Assembly (NCBI GenBank): GCA_963661325.1 | Contig: CAVLBP010000001.1 | Location: 113-64,112 of the forward strand | Direction of reading: 5' to 3' | Length of the DNA: 64,000 nucleotides | Source: a bacterium | Lineage (GTDB): Bacteria; Bacillota; Clostridia; Lachnospirales; Lachnospiraceae | Part shown: piece by piece, positions 37,917-48,453 of the stretch | Numbering within the stretch: position 1 is the first letter of the stretch | How the letters are laid out: each line of letters begins with the position of its first letter | Program-made: the position numbers and the translations under genes | The notes under the pieces: generated by a model | The model's input: the letters and a program-made list of their open reading frames with translations, nothing else | Told to the model about the DNA's origin: nothing | Database searches by the model: none

Positions 37917-40409
37917 TCAAGTGGCAGCCCGCTCCTTTTCCATCATGTCGCCTATCTGATCGCAAATAGAAATGCTTGTATCCAGATCCAGATTTCTGAC
38001 ACTGTCCGCCAGTTGGTTGATCCTCACCTGCAAAGTCTCCTCATAGGCATAGCCATCCAGCATCTGCATGATCTGATCTATGCCGTCATAGTCCAGATTT
38101 TCCGCATCGGCACGCAACATAGAAAGCATACCGAGGATCCATGCCCTATCTGTCATATTGGGCTTCTTTTCCAACTGCTGCATATGCACTGAAAGATTTC
38201 GCCTGCAAGTCTCGACCTCTTCCATCAAAACGCCATGCAGATGACGCAGACGATCTTCCTGATCGTCTCTTGCCGCATATTCTAAGATCTTGGCAAGGGC
38301 GGATGCCTGCATGGCTCCGATCAGCGCCAGATTGCTCTTTAGGGCATGCACCTTGATCCGATAAGCATCCATCCCCTTTGGGCTGGAAATATCCTGATAC
38401 AAAAGATCCAGTTCCACTATAGCACTCTCACAGCCATTATAAAAGTCTTCCACCGATTCCCAAAGCATCTGTCCGCTCGGGAAATGTAAAAGTCCGTATT
38501 CCCAGTCAAAGCCCTCCACCTGCGGCAAGTCCGTCTTCTTTCCGATATCCTTTGTATCCGGCTCCTCGGACGAAATGGTGGATGTCTCCACTGTATCTAC
38601 TCGGATATTGTGCAGCGTCAGTTGTTCTACAATAAGATTTTCCAGCCGCTGTGAGTCGATAGGCTTAGACAGATAATCCGTAAAGCCAATTTTCAAATAC
38701 TCTTCCTTGGCTCCAATAATGGTATTTGCTGTTAACACAATAACAGGCGTATCCTTACAGAGATTTTCCTGCATACTCTGCATATAGGAAAAAGTCTCAA
38801 CACCATCCAGTTCCGGCATCATGTGATCCAGAAAGATCATATCATAATGCTTGTTCTTAACCATTTCCAGACAAGAAAAACCATTGTCAGCCTCATCAAT
38901 CTGCATCTGGGTATGTTTAAGAAGTTTGCAAAAGACCTTACGGTTCATGGCATTGTCATCTACCAGAAGTATATGAACATGTGGTGCCAGAAAAGTATAA
39001 TGTCCCTCTTTCTTGCCATATGCTTTCTTTTTCTCGCGCTCCTGAAAAAACCCGATCGGTGTCCAATCCTTTACTCGTTGCCTAAGGTCAAAATAGAAAA
39101 CTGATCCACGCCCATAGACACTCTTTACCTGCAGGCTGGATCCCATCATGTGCAGGAGATTGGCAGTAATTGCCATCCCCAATCCTGTGCCTTCGATATT
39201 ACGATTGGATTTCTCATCAATACGCTCAAATGCCTCAAAGAGACGATGGAGATCTTCCTCACGTATACCCACTCCGGTATCTTCAATCTCGAAACGTAAG
39301 ACTTCCGAATCCTCTTCCTGATGCCCGGTCACGGAAAAGTTGATACCACCCTCTCTGGTGTATTTGATGGCATTGCTCATGATATTATTAATAATCTGGC
39401 GCAGACGCAGAGAATCTCCCCGGTACATGGCAGGCAGTTTCTCATCCACGTGAATATGCAGATACAAGCCCTTTTCCTTGGCGCGCAGACCAAAAACCGA
39501 TACCGCATCATGAACAACATCACACAGGTCATAATCATCTGCCATGATCTCTAACTTACCGGATTCAATTCTGGAAAAATCAAGAATATCATTTACAATC
39601 TCCAGCAATGATTCCGTGGAAGTGAGAATATCCTGTGCCAGACTTTTGGTATTTTTCTCCTTTGTTTCTCGCAGGATCATCTCATCCATTCCAAGCACTG
39701 TATTGATTGGCGTTCGTATCTCGTGTGACATATTGGCAAGGAAATTACTCTTGGAATGATTGGCAACTTCAGCCTCCTGTTGAGCCTGCATGGCCTGATG
39801 CGTCACTTCAATCAACTGTCTGTTCTTTTCTTCCACGATACTATCCTGCTGCTTTTGCATCCATGCCTGTGCCTTTACGATCAACCCCACCGCAAGCGTT
39901 GTAACAAAGATACTTTGTACATCATCAAGAAAAAAGCTGGCGCGAGACATCTGTCCGTGTACCAATTGCGGATGCTGGTAAGCGATCCAATAACAGAAGC
40001 CAATAACCACTGCATCCAGCGACAACATTATGATAAAATTCACCCCATCAAACAAAAGAAAAATGAAGAGTATTCCCAAGGAAAACCAATTAGACATACC
40101 ACTCTCAATGCCACCCTGAAAGAAAAAAATACTGGGAAACATGAAAAAGCAGATCAGGATCGTCAGGACATTGGATGCTGCGCTGATACGTCCCTTATAA
40201 TTTGCCAGATAAAATGGATAAGCTGCAACCACAATACCGACCACATAGATAGGCAAGGGCTGGAGGGGCAAAAGAGAGGCACAGGACAGGATAATAGAAA
40301 AGACTCCTCCTAAAATAGCCGTAACTACCATCACATTAAAGAGGACAAGCCGCATCCCCTTACTGCGAACATTAAATAATTCACCTGTATTTTTTAGAAA
40401 ATTCCGCAT
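37917..40409 (-). CDS. hybrid sensor histidine kinase/response regulator with a polytopic N-terminal sensor and a C-terminal HPt-like region
   Basis: It has about six TM helices, a HisKA H-box (FLANMSHEIRTPINTVLG), HATPase N/G boxes (SNAIKYT, DTGVGI, GTGLGM), a REC domain (ILLVDDNAMN...MIFLDHMMPELDG) and an HPt-like segment (RIKVHALKSNLALIGA). Confidence 0.9.
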   Translation of the reverse strand: MRNFLKNTGELFNVRSKGMRLVLFNVMVVTAILGGVFSIILSCASLLPLQPLPIYVVGIVVAAYPFYLANYKGRISAASNVLTILICFFMFPSIFFFQGGIESGMSNWFSLGILFIFLLFDGVNFIIMLSLDAVVIGFCYWIAYQHPQLVHGQMSRASFFLDDVQSIFVTTLAVGLIVKAQAWMQKQQDSIVEEKNRQLIEVTHQAMQAQQEAEVANHSKSNFLANMSHEIRTPINTVLGMDEMILRETKEKNTKSLAQDILTSTESLLEIVNDILDFSRIESGKLEIMADDYDLCDVVHDAVSVFGLRAKEKGLYLHIHVDEKLPAMYRGDSLRLRQIINNIMSNAIKYTREGGINFSVTGHQEEDSEVLRFEIEDTGVGIREEDLHRLFEAFERIDEKSNRNIEGTGLGMAITANLLHMMGSSLQVKSVYGRGSVFYFDLRQRVKDWTPIGFFQEREKKKAYGKKEGHYTFLAPHVHILLVDDNAMNRKVFCKLLKHTQMQIDEADNGFSCLEMVKNKHYDMIFLDHMMPELDGVETFSYMQSMQENLCKDTPVIVLTANTIIGAKEEYLKIGFTDYLSKPIDSQRLENLIVEQLTLHNIRVDTVETSTISSEEPDTKDIGKKTDLPQVEGFDWEYGLLHFPSGQMLWESVEDFYNGCESAIVELDLLYQDISSPKGMDAYRIKVHALKSNLALIGAMQASALAKILEYAARDDQEDRLRHLHGVLMEEVETCRRNLSVHMQQLEKKPNMTDRAWILGMLSMLRADAENLDYDGIDQIMQMLDGYAYEETLQVRINQLADSVRNLDLDTSISICDQIGDMMEKERAAT

Positions 40410-40458
40410 AAAAACCTCCGAACATCTAAGATCTTATAAATGATTATAACGCGCCCCT

Positions 40459-42192
40459 TTAAAAAAAACTATCCCTAAGACATAACTTTCCCCATCCCGT
40501 CTTCTCAGACGGCACAGGCTCTCCCGGCAGCGATGCCGCTCCACGCAAAAGATATGCCTTCAGTTTTTCTCCATAGGCATATGGATCATTGCCCTCCAAG
40601 ATCCCCCACTGCATGATGAGAGCAGCCGAACCGGTCACAAAAGGCGTTGCCATGGAAGTACCGCTTCTCGTCACATAGCCGCCGCCCGGCGCACAGGAAG
40701 TGATGTCCACGCCCGGTGCCACCAGATCCGGCTTGATCGCCCCGGTCGCCCAGGCAAGGCCCCTTCCAGAAAAGGATGCATATTGGTTTCTCCTGCTGTC
40801 ATATGCTCCCACCGAAATGATCTTGTCAGCAGTCGACGGCACCGTCAAAGTCGTTTCTTGGCTCGCCTGTAAAAAGCCGCTCGCTTCATTCAGGCTGCCA
40901 CCGGTCGGCAGCCAAAGTGCATAAGAGCCATCCTTGATCCTGCGGGGTACGAGCCCTATCGTCCAGACACCGGCATCCACATAATCTGTCTTTGGCAAAA
41001 AGGCAAAGTAGATCTCCTGATAGATCTGGTAGGGGTTTGGTGAGTCAAAAAAGACATATATCTTGGTATTGTTCCATACATAAGATGCGATCTGCCCTTC
41101 TCCGGTTCTCTGCCCAATATCCGAGAAATGGAAAACCGAACTCTGATCCGGTGCCAAAAGCACCAGATCCACGACATCCTGATAAAGTTTCCAGAATTGC
41201 AGATTGACACTGGTCTCGTAGACATCTACCGCCAGTTCAATCCCTAGTTCCTGCCCTGATGAGGACAGTCTCCCTTGCTGATGTAATGCCTCCTGTCCCT
41301 CATTTCCGGTACCGATCGCGATCGCCATCTTCCACTGGTTTGCCACCTGGGATAGATAAGTCTCCAAAAGCGATGTCCCTGTGTGGGATCCATAGTTATT
41401 TCCAAAACTGATATTGATCGCCACCGGCTTTCTTTCTTCTATGGCTTTTCGCTTGACATACTCCACCGCTTCCATCAGTTGTGTGGTCAAAGGAAATCCG
41501 CCCGACCGGGCTGTTCCCAGTTTTACGACGATCAGCGGACTTTCATACGCCACGCCCCGGTTTCGTCCCCCGGATGCCCTGCCGTTTCCCGCCGCGATCC
41601 CTGCCACATGGGTACCATGCCCGGAAGGATCCGTCACAGGCACCAGGGAAAGTGCCGCCGCACGATCCTCCGTCGCCAGCGCCTGATCGATCTGTGCCTT
41701 ACTGTATTCTTTGCCATCCGCCAAAAGCCATGCGATCCGGCTGCTTCCATCCCCATTGCGAAAATCCGGGTGAAAATAATCTATGCCAGAGTCAATAATA
41801 GCAACAAAAATACCCCGGCCGGACAAAGATCCTACCGAGGTCATCTCTTGTTGTAACGGCCAGATACAGGATGCCCGCACCCCCTGTGCTACTCCTGTTA
41901 TGATCCGTTTGGGTTGTTCTATATAGATCACGCTATCCTGCGCCGCCAGCGCTTCGATCGCATCCTCCGGGACAAGTGCCGTGACATAACCACCACTCAA
42001 TTCCTGAAAACTCGCCTGTGGAAAGGCATCCCACAAGGTCTGCACAGATCCTGCCAGTCGCAGGATCAACTCCCATGACCGGCTTCCCCTTTCATAGCCT
42101 GCTGACAAACTGGCGGATTTTTCCAGTTCTTCTGTGGAAATCTGCAATGCCAGTTGCAAAGATGCATCTATCTTGTCACTGATCGCATCCAT
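40459..42192 (-). CDS. S8 subtilisin-like serine protease without a signal peptide; Csp (germination-specific protease)-like
   Basis: The Asp/His/Ser triad is intact (AIIDSGIDYFHPDF, GHGTHVAGIAAGNG, SGTSMATPFVTGSAAL). A long insertion sits between His and Ser. The N-terminal segment LQLALQIS...SAGYERGSRSWELILR resembles Csp prodomains as I remember them. Confidence 0.8.
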   Translation of the reverse strand: MDAISDKIDASLQLALQISTEELEKSASLSAGYERGSRSWELILRLAGSVQTLWDAFPQASFQELSGGYVTALVPEDAIEALAAQDSVIYIEQPKRIITGVAQGVRASCIWPLQQEMTSVGSLSGRGIFVAIIDSGIDYFHPDFRNGDGSSRIAWLLADGKEYSKAQIDQALATEDRAAALSLVPVTDPSGHGTHVAGIAAGNGRASGGRNRGVAYESPLIVVKLGTARSGGFPLTTQLMEAVEYVKRKAIEERKPVAINISFGNNYGSHTGTSLLETYLSQVANQWKMAIAIGTGNEGQEALHQQGRLSSSGQELGIELAVDVYETSVNLQFWKLYQDVVDLVLLAPDQSSVFHFSDIGQRTGEGQIASYVWNNTKIYVFFDSPNPYQIYQEIYFAFLPKTDYVDAGVWTIGLVPRRIKDGSYALWLPTGGSLNEASGFLQASQETTLTVPSTADKIISVGAYDSRRNQYASFSGRGLAWATGAIKPDLVAPGVDITSCAPGGGYVTRSGTSMATPFVTGSAALIMQWGILEGNDPYAYGEKLKAYLLRGAASLPGEPVPSEKTGWGKLCLRDSFF

Positions 42193-42195
42193 AAA

Positions 42196-42378
42196 TCACA
42201 TCTGATGACGCACGATCAGATACTCGTCATTTGACTGATAATACGGACAAGATGCCGTATTTCCCATCAAAAAACGAACCATGTCGTCCTCATCTAAATC
42301 CATATCACACACATAACACTCATCTTCGTCATCATAGACAAAATTATTGCACATTTCACAGTTTGAAGTCTCTGCCAT
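42196..42378 (-). CDS. small acidic zinc-ribbon-like protein (two CxxC pairs)
   Basis: It reads MAETSNCEMCNNFVYDDEDECYVCDMD...SCPYY. An RBS AAGGAG lies 8 nt upstream of the ATG at 42378. Its stop is 3 nt before the protease ATG. Confidence 0.5.
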   Translation of the reverse strand: MAETSNCEMCNNFVYDDEDECYVCDMDLDEDDMVRFLMGNTASCPYYQSNDEYLIVRHQM

Positions 42379-42436
42379 GCTCATCACTCCTTTTTTGTCA
42401 TTCTATGACCTGCGTCATCTCTTCATGCCAAAAATT

Positions 42437-42616
42437 TTATCCAAAGATAAAGCGGAGCAGTCCGCCGGCAAGACATGCCGCCAGGATCGCCGCCAACATA
42501 ATGGCATACTGATAGCCTTCATGCTCGCGTCCCCACTTGGTATGCATGACTCCCAGATAGATCCCAAGTCCTGCAAAAATAGCGATGACATTTATGATCA
42601 TATTCAACCAATCCAT
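42437..42616 (-). CDS. possible 59-aa two-TM membrane peptide (below the ORF-track length cutoff)
   Basis: My own translation gives MDWLNMIINVIAIFAGLGIYLGVMHTKWGREHEGYQYAIMLAAILAACLAGGLLRFIFG. The RBS is only weak (GAAAGG, 13 nt upstream). Confidence 0.35.
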   Translation of the reverse strand: MDWLNMIINVIAIFAGLGIYLGVMHTKWGREHEGYQYAIMLAAILAACLAGGLLRFIFG

Positions 42617-42644
42617 AAATGATTGCCTGCCTTTCTCTCTTCTT

Positions 42645-43703
42645 TTATGCCTGCTGCAAGATTTCTTCTAACGCCGCAAACAGACGCTCCATCTCCTCCC
42701 TGGTACCGATGGTAATGCGCAGGAAATTGTCAATGCGCGGCTTGTTAAAGTAGCGCACATAGATATCCTTTTCTTTTAAAGCAGCAAAAATATCTGCCGC
42801 TGCCATCTTGGCATGGCTGGCAAAAATAAAGTTGGCTTTGGAATCCGGGAAAGTAAATCCCAGACGCTGCAACTGGTCTTTTGCCCACTCTCTGGTCTCC
42901 ACGATACGGTCGACCCGATCTTTAAAATAAGGTGCATCCTCCATGGATGCCTTACCGATCTGTATGGTCAGTCGATCCATGGTATAGGAGTTGAAGGAAT
43001 ACTTACAGTCGTTCAGATAAGAGATCAGTTTTGAGCTGCCCATGGCATAACCGATACGGCTTCCTGCCAGGGATCTGGATTTGGAAAATGTCTGCACGAC
43101 CAAAAGATTTTCATACTTTGATAACAATGCCCGTGCACTCTTTGTTCCAAAATCCACATATGCCTCGTCAATGATCACGACAGAATCCGGACTTGCCTGT
43201 AAGATCTCCTCGATAGCATCCAAAGATTCTGCGATCCCGGTCGGTGCATTTGGGTTTGGGATCACAATACCGCCATTTTCTCTCTTATAGTCCCCGATAC
43301 AAATGCGAAAATCCTCCTGTAAAGGGATCTGCGCATATGGAATGCGGAAAAGTTCTGCCCAGACATCATAAAAGGAATAGGTAATGTCCGGAAAGAGGAT
43401 AGGCTTGTCACTGCCAAAGAAGGTCAGAAAACTCATGGCAAGCACATCATCCGATCCGACTCCGACAAAGATCTGATCCTTGGCAAGTCCTTTTTCTAAA
43501 GCGAGCGACTCGATCAGATCTGCGGCTTCCGGATCCGGGTATAGCCGGAGCTGCCCCGCATCAAATCCCTCTAAGACCTTTTGCACCCGTGGACTTGGTG
43601 GATAAGGATTTTCATTGGTATTTAGTTTGATCACCTTGCGCTTTGGCTGTTCGCCCGGCACATAAGGTTCCACTTTTCTGACATATGTCTCCCATCCACT
43701 CAT
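42645..43703 (-). CDS. hisC: histidinol-phosphate aminotransferase
   Basis: A class II aminotransferase with the PLP-lysine context VVQTFSKSRSLAGSRIGYA and NENPYPPSP. Confidence 0.9.
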   Translation of the reverse strand: MSGWETYVRKVEPYVPGEQPKRKVIKLNTNENPYPPSPRVQKVLEGFDAGQLRLYPDPEAADLIESLALEKGLAKDQIFVGVGSDDVLAMSFLTFFGSDKPILFPDITYSFYDVWAELFRIPYAQIPLQEDFRICIGDYKRENGGIVIPNPNAPTGIAESLDAIEEILQASPDSVVIIDEAYVDFGTKSARALLSKYENLLVVQTFSKSRSLAGSRIGYAMGSSKLISYLNDCKYSFNSYTMDRLTIQIGKASMEDAPYFKDRVDRIVETREWAKDQLQRLGFTFPDSKANFIFASHAKMAAADIFAALKEKDIYVRYFNKPRIDNFLRITIGTREEMERLFAALEEILQQA

Positions 43704-43718
43704 TTATCTCTGTCCTTT

Positions 43719-45602
43719 CTATAATGCGTTATATGCTGCGACTGCCGCATCTAAAACTGCCTTGTTGCTGACTTTTGCCTTGGCTGCATCCGACAATCCA
43801 TTGTAGGCATTTTGCGCTGCATCAATGGCCGCCTTGCTGTTTGTCGTCACCGGTGTGCCGATCTGATCGATCAAGGCAATGACTGTATTTGCCTGATTTT
43901 GTGCATCCGCATCTGCCTGCTGTGCAATACCAGCCCAGATATTTGCATATGCATTTTCCGCATCTACCAGTACCTGATAGTTGTCTACACATGCCTTGCC
44001 GGAATCCGTTAAGGCATCGTAGGAACTGCGTGCTGCGGAAATGGCTGCCCCGCTGTCCGCCGTCACGCTGCCGATGGCATTGATGGCATTCTTGCAGGCA
44101 TCTGCCTGCTGCTGGGTCAGAGAATCCACAGTCTCGGTACCTGCCAGATCATACATGAGTACCGGGAAGCCTGCCTGCACATAACTAAAGATGGTTCCGG
44201 CAGCCGAAAGCGGCAGGTTGACACAACCATGGGAGCCATACCCTTCACGATAACGCTGTCCGCCAAAGGACTTCTGCCAGGTCGCATCATGCAGACCGAT
44301 ATCGCCGTTAAACGGCATCCAGTAAGATACCGGTGTTCTATAGTTTGCCCCCTTAAGGATGGCATTTCTCTCACAGTATGTAATACGGAAAGCCCCACAA
44401 GGTGTCACGTGTCCGTTGTTCGGATTGCCGGTAACACAAGGCGTATCCATAACAACAGATCCATTTACGACCAGATATACATGCTGCGCCGTACGATTGA
44501 TCTCCACATAACTGTTGCCATAGTCGTTGCCGTCATGGCTGGCTGCGGTGTACTGATAAACGAAATCACGGCTAACGTCCTTTCCACCTTTCAGGTCCTC
44601 CACCAGTTGTGCCACTTCACCTTCTTTATCAATACGCCAACCGTAATTTCCGCCCGGTACGGTAACGGTAACTCCATACTGGGTCGCCAACTGCTTTGGC
44701 TGCCCATATGTATCATATTTCTTGCTCATGGTAGAGATAAACTCTGTCATTTTCTCCGTATCAAATGCCGGCTGCATGTCATCATCCCCGGAAAGCCACG
44801 AGCCGATGGTGTCCTTTGGTACAGATTCGCTTGCACTTCCAATCTGATAGGTAATATCGGTGTCCAGATAGCCATTCAGTGTCTCAATAAGTGTTTTGAC
44901 TTCCTTGCTGTCCTCTGTGTATTTCGGCTGTTTGTAGCATTTATTCTTGGTCAGATCCAAAGACTTTTGCAAAGATAAGGCTGCCTTCTTTACCTTTTTA
45001 TCCAGTGTGGCAAGGTTAATCTCCGTGCCGTAAACTTCCTTTGTGACAACAAATTTACCATCCTTGTAGGATACCTTGGCATTTTCCGTCGCTGTTACGT
45101 CCTCATTTGTCACACAATCCAATTTCGAAACACTTTCCTTTAGTGTGTCGGTGTCACAGGATACCAGTGCATCGTTCATATAGGACTTCGGAACAAACAA
45201 ACGGTAGACCCATAAAAATCCATTCTGCTTCTTGAGGATGGCATTGACCTCATCCTCACTGATAGAAATCTCCAGTCCAAGATCCTCCGCTGATAAGGTC
45301 TCCTCCTTTCCCTCGCTGTCAACGATTGCAAGTTCATAACCATCGGCGGCGTCCTTCAGACGACTTGCCATTGTTTTCGCACTTGCTGCGGAAGCCTTCA
45401 CACCATTGACCGTACTGCGGAAGAAGAAGTGACTCTGGAAAAAGATGCCAAATCCCACAAAAACGATCAATAGTGCCCCTAAGACACTACCGCCAATGAT
45501 GGCGATCTTCTTTTTGTCAACGTTCTTTGTCTCTTCTGTGCTTGTTTCCACAGTCGATGGTGCTTCCGTTTCTTCACCTTTTTTTGAAAATAACTTTAAC
45601 AT
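43719..45602 (-). CDS. L,D-transpeptidase (YkuD domain) with an N-terminal TM anchor and a repeated Ala-rich helical C-terminus
   Basis: The YkuD catalytic motif is GLHDATW...GSHGCVNLP. The C-terminal duplicated segment reads AAISAARSSYDALTDSGKACVDN... / AAIDAAQNAYNGLSDAAKAKVSN... Confidence 0.85.
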   Translation of the reverse strand: MLKLFSKKGEETEAPSTVETSTEETKNVDKKKIAIIGGSVLGALLIVFVGFGIFFQSHFFFRSTVNGVKASAASAKTMASRLKDAADGYELAIVDSEGKEETLSAEDLGLEISISEDEVNAILKKQNGFLWVYRLFVPKSYMNDALVSCDTDTLKESVSKLDCVTNEDVTATENAKVSYKDGKFVVTKEVYGTEINLATLDKKVKKAALSLQKSLDLTKNKCYKQPKYTEDSKEVKTLIETLNGYLDTDITYQIGSASESVPKDTIGSWLSGDDDMQPAFDTEKMTEFISTMSKKYDTYGQPKQLATQYGVTVTVPGGNYGWRIDKEGEVAQLVEDLKGGKDVSRDFVYQYTAASHDGNDYGNSYVEINRTAQHVYLVVNGSVVMDTPCVTGNPNNGHVTPCGAFRITYCERNAILKGANYRTPVSYWMPFNGDIGLHDATWQKSFGGQRYREGYGSHGCVNLPLSAAGTIFSYVQAGFPVLMYDLAGTETVDSLTQQQADACKNAINAIGSVTADSGAAISAARSSYDALTDSGKACVDNYQVLVDAENAYANIWAGIAQQADADAQNQANTVIALIDQIGTPVTTNSKAAIDAAQNAYNGLSDAAKAKVSNKAVLDAAVAAYNAL

Positions 45603-45629
45603 AATAACTACCTTTCCCTTACTCTACGC

Positions 45630-47552
45630 TCATTTATATAAAGATGCGATCTGTTCCATCCATAGTTCGGCACATGCATCTGAAGGCATTCTGAGATCTC
45701 CTCGTGGTGACAGACTGACCGTACCAACCTTTGGTCCGTCCGGCAGACAGGAGCGTTTGAACTGCTGGGCAAAAAATCTGCGATAAAATGTATGCAGCCA
45801 CTTTAGGATCGTGGTCTCATCATAATCCTCTGCGAAAGCATATTTTGCCAGACGATATATTTTTTTCGGCTCACTGCCATAACGCATCAGATGATACAAG
45901 AAGAAATCATGCAATTCGTATGGACCTACCAACTCTTCTGTCTTTTGCGCGATCACGCCATCCTTTGGCGGCAGGAGTTCCGGCGATACCGGGGTGTCTA
46001 AGACATCACGCAAAACTGCACCAAGTTCTTCATCTGCAAGATAGGTCGCATAGTAGGAAACCAGATAGCGCACAAGTGTCTTTGGTACAGATACATTGAC
46101 CCCATACATTGACATATGATCGCCATTGTAAGTCGCCCAGCCCAGTGCCAGTTCCGACATATCTCCAGTCCCGATGACCATTCCTCCCTCTTTGTTGGCA
46201 ATATCCATAAGGATCTGGGTACGTTCCCTTGCCTGTCCGTTTTCGTAGGTCACATCATGGCAGTCCGGATCCTGTCCGATATCCGCAAAATGCTGGAGTA
46301 CGGCATCCCGGATCGAAATCTCACGGAAGGTCGCTCCCAGACTTTTTATCATGGAAACCGCATTCTGGTAGGTGCGGTCTGTCGTTCCAAATCCCGGCAT
46401 GGTCACTGCGATCACACCTTTTCGATCCAAGCCCAGCATATCAAAAGCACGCACAGTAACCAAAAGCGCCAGAGTCGAATCCAGACCACCGGAAATGCCG
46501 ATCACCGCCTTCTTTGCACCAGTGTGTGCCAGCCGCTTCCTTAAGCCCATAGACTGAATGTCTAAAATCTCCTCACAGCGTCTGCGCAGGCTCGCCTCAT
46601 CTGATGGCACAAATGGTGCCTTATCTACAAAACGTGTCAGGGCTGTCTCCTGCACCGGCAGAGAAAATGTGCTCACATGATAGGCATGCTCTGTCTGCAT
46701 CTCATAGGTAGACATCATATGACGCTTTGCAGCGATCGCATAGACATCTACTTCACTGATGAGCATTCCGGTCGCAAAGAGGTCACTCTCCGCTAAAATA
46801 CTGCCGTTTTCTGCGATCAGACTGTGTCCGGAATAGACAACATCCTGTGTGGATTCACCCTCTCCTGCGCTGGCATAGAGATATGCACAATACATGCGTG
46901 CTGATGTCATAGCCACCAGATCCCTGCGGTATGCATTTTTGCCCGTCACTTCATCACTGGCGGACAGGTTGGCGATCAAGGTCGCTCCATGCAGGCAATG
47001 CCTGCCGGACGGCGGACAAGGTGTCCAGAGATCTTCACAGATCTCAGATGCTATGACAAGTTCCGGTATTTCTTTACAGGAAAAGATCTGATCCGTTCCG
47101 AAGGGGATCTCTGTCTCCTGCCCTGCCAAAAAAACTTTTGTGACCTCCTGCATGCCTGACGTAAACTGTCTTGCCTCATAAAACTCTGCATAATTTGGCA
47201 GATAGGTCTTTGGCACAAGCCCCAGCACCTTTCCACCACATAGTGCTGCGGCAACATTGTATAATTTACCCTGCTGTTCCCATGGCAGTCCGACAAAGAA
47301 AATCCCCGGCAGATCTGCTGTCTTTTCTGCCAGCATCAAAAGACCTTCCTTTGCCTGTGCCAACAGGGTGCGCTGATAAAAGAGGTCATGGCAGGAATAG
47401 CCCGTAATGCAAAGTTCCGGGAATACCACGACCATAGCCCCCGCCTTGGCACTTTCTTCCATTGCCTCTTGTATCTGTTTTACATTGTAAGTGACATCCG
47501 CAACACGCACCTTTGGCGTGATGCAAGCCACCTTGATAAATCCGTCTTTCAT
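45630..47552 (-). CDS. nadE: glutamine-dependent NAD+ synthetase
   Basis: An N-terminal CN-hydrolase domain ([21 protein letters not shown]) is followed by an NAD synthetase domain with the P-loop [14 protein letters not shown]. Confidence 0.95.
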   Translation of the reverse strand: MKDGFIKVACITPKVRVADVTYNVKQIQEAMEESAKAGAMVVVFPELCITGYSCHDLFYQRTLLAQAKEGLLMLAEKTADLPGIFFVGLPWEQQGKLYNVAAALCGGKVLGLVPKTYLPNYAEFYEARQFTSGMQEVTKVFLAGQETEIPFGTDQIFSCKEIPELVIASEICEDLWTPCPPSGRHCLHGATLIANLSASDEVTGKNAYRRDLVAMTSARMYCAYLYASAGEGESTQDVVYSGHSLIAENGSILAESDLFATGMLISEVDVYAIAAKRHMMSTYEMQTEHAYHVSTFSLPVQETALTRFVDKAPFVPSDEASLRRRCEEILDIQSMGLRKRLAHTGAKKAVIGISGGLDSTLALLVTVRAFDMLGLDRKGVIAVTMPGFGTTDRTYQNAVSMIKSLGATFREISIRDAVLQHFADIGQDPDCHDVTYENGQARERTQILMDIANKEGGMVIGTGDMSELALGWATYNGDHMSMYGVNVSVPKTLVRYLVSYYATYLADEELGAVLRDVLDTPVSPELLPPKDGVIAQKTEELVGPYELHDFFLYHLMRYGSEPKKIYRLAKYAFAEDYDETTILKWLHTFYRRFFAQQFKRSCLPDGPKVGTVSLSPRGDLRMPSDACAELWMEQIASLYK

Positions 47553-47568
47553 ACTCTTCTCTCTTATC

Positions 47569-48453
47569 TTATTTGCGCTTACGCATCTCGATCAATTCGT
47601 CAACGGTGTAATTGTATGCCTTGTTGCAGAACTGGCATTTGACCTCGATCGGCTTGCCATCTGCAATGATGTCTGCCACATCCTCATCCCCAAGACTGCA
47701 CAGGCTTCTCTCTACACGCTCTGCGGAACAATCGCAGACAAAGCCTGCATCCACTGTCTCATGGAAGGTCACATCAAAGTCCGCCAGAACCGTCTCTAAA
47801 ATCTGCTCCGGTGTCTTGCCCTCGGATAACATGGTGGTCACCGATGGCAGATTTTTGATATTTTCTTCTAACTTCTCGATGATCTCATCGGAGGTAAATG
47901 GCATGAGCTGGATGATAAATCCTCCTGCCTGTGCCACTGTATTATCTTTATTCATCAAAACGCCAAGTCCGACCGAAGACGGCACCTGCTCACTGGTCGC
48001 AAAATAATAGGTCAGGTCTTCTGCGATCTCTCCCGTCTGCAATGGCACGGTGCCTACATAAGGCTCTTTTAAGCCCATATCCTTGATCACGCGCATGATT
48101 CCCAGATCGATGGCTCCGCCGACATCTAATTTGCCGTCCTTATTGGGTGGCAGCATGACATCCGGCACATTGGCAAACCCTTTGACATGTCCCTTGGCAT
48201 CCGCTGTGACCGTGATCCCTTTCATAGGTCCGTTGCCTTGGATCTGTAGGGTCAGCATGTCGTCGTCCCCCTTCATCATAATGCCCATCATGGCAGCCGC
48301 CGAAAGCATACGTCCCAATGCCGCCGTAACGACCGGACTGGTATTGTGGCTTGCTCTGGCAAATTCCACCAGATCCTTTGATGTAATGGCAAATGCCCGG
48401 ATAGCGTCATCTGCTGCTGTTGCTCTTACAATGTAATCTTTATATGCACTCAT
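47569..48453 (-). CDS. hslO: redox-regulated chaperone Hsp33
   Basis: It matches Hsp33 over its full length and has the C-terminal zinc centre CDCS...CQFCNKAY. Confidence 0.95.
   Translation of the reverse strand: MSAYKDYIVRATAADDAIRAFAITSKDLVEFARASHNTSPVVTAALGRMLSAAAMMGIMMKGDDDMLTLQIQGNGPMKGITVTADAKGHVKGFANVPDVMLPPNKDGKLDVGGAIDLGIMRVIKDMGLKEPYVGTVPLQTGEIAEDLTYYFATSEQVPSSVGLGVLMNKDNTVAQAGGFIIQLMPFTSDEIIEKLEENIKNLPSVTTMLSEGKTPEQILETVLADFDVTFHETVDAGFVCDCSAERVERSLCSLGDEDVADIIADGKPIEVKCQFCNKAYNYTVDELIEMRKRK

Noticed and set aside
42347-42622. A 91-aa plus-strand ORF between the zinc-ribbon gene and hisC.
   Set aside because: It overlaps the zinc-ribbon gene start, has no RBS and has an odd composition. 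The co-directional minus-strand 59-aa membrane ORF is a better, though still tentative, explanation.
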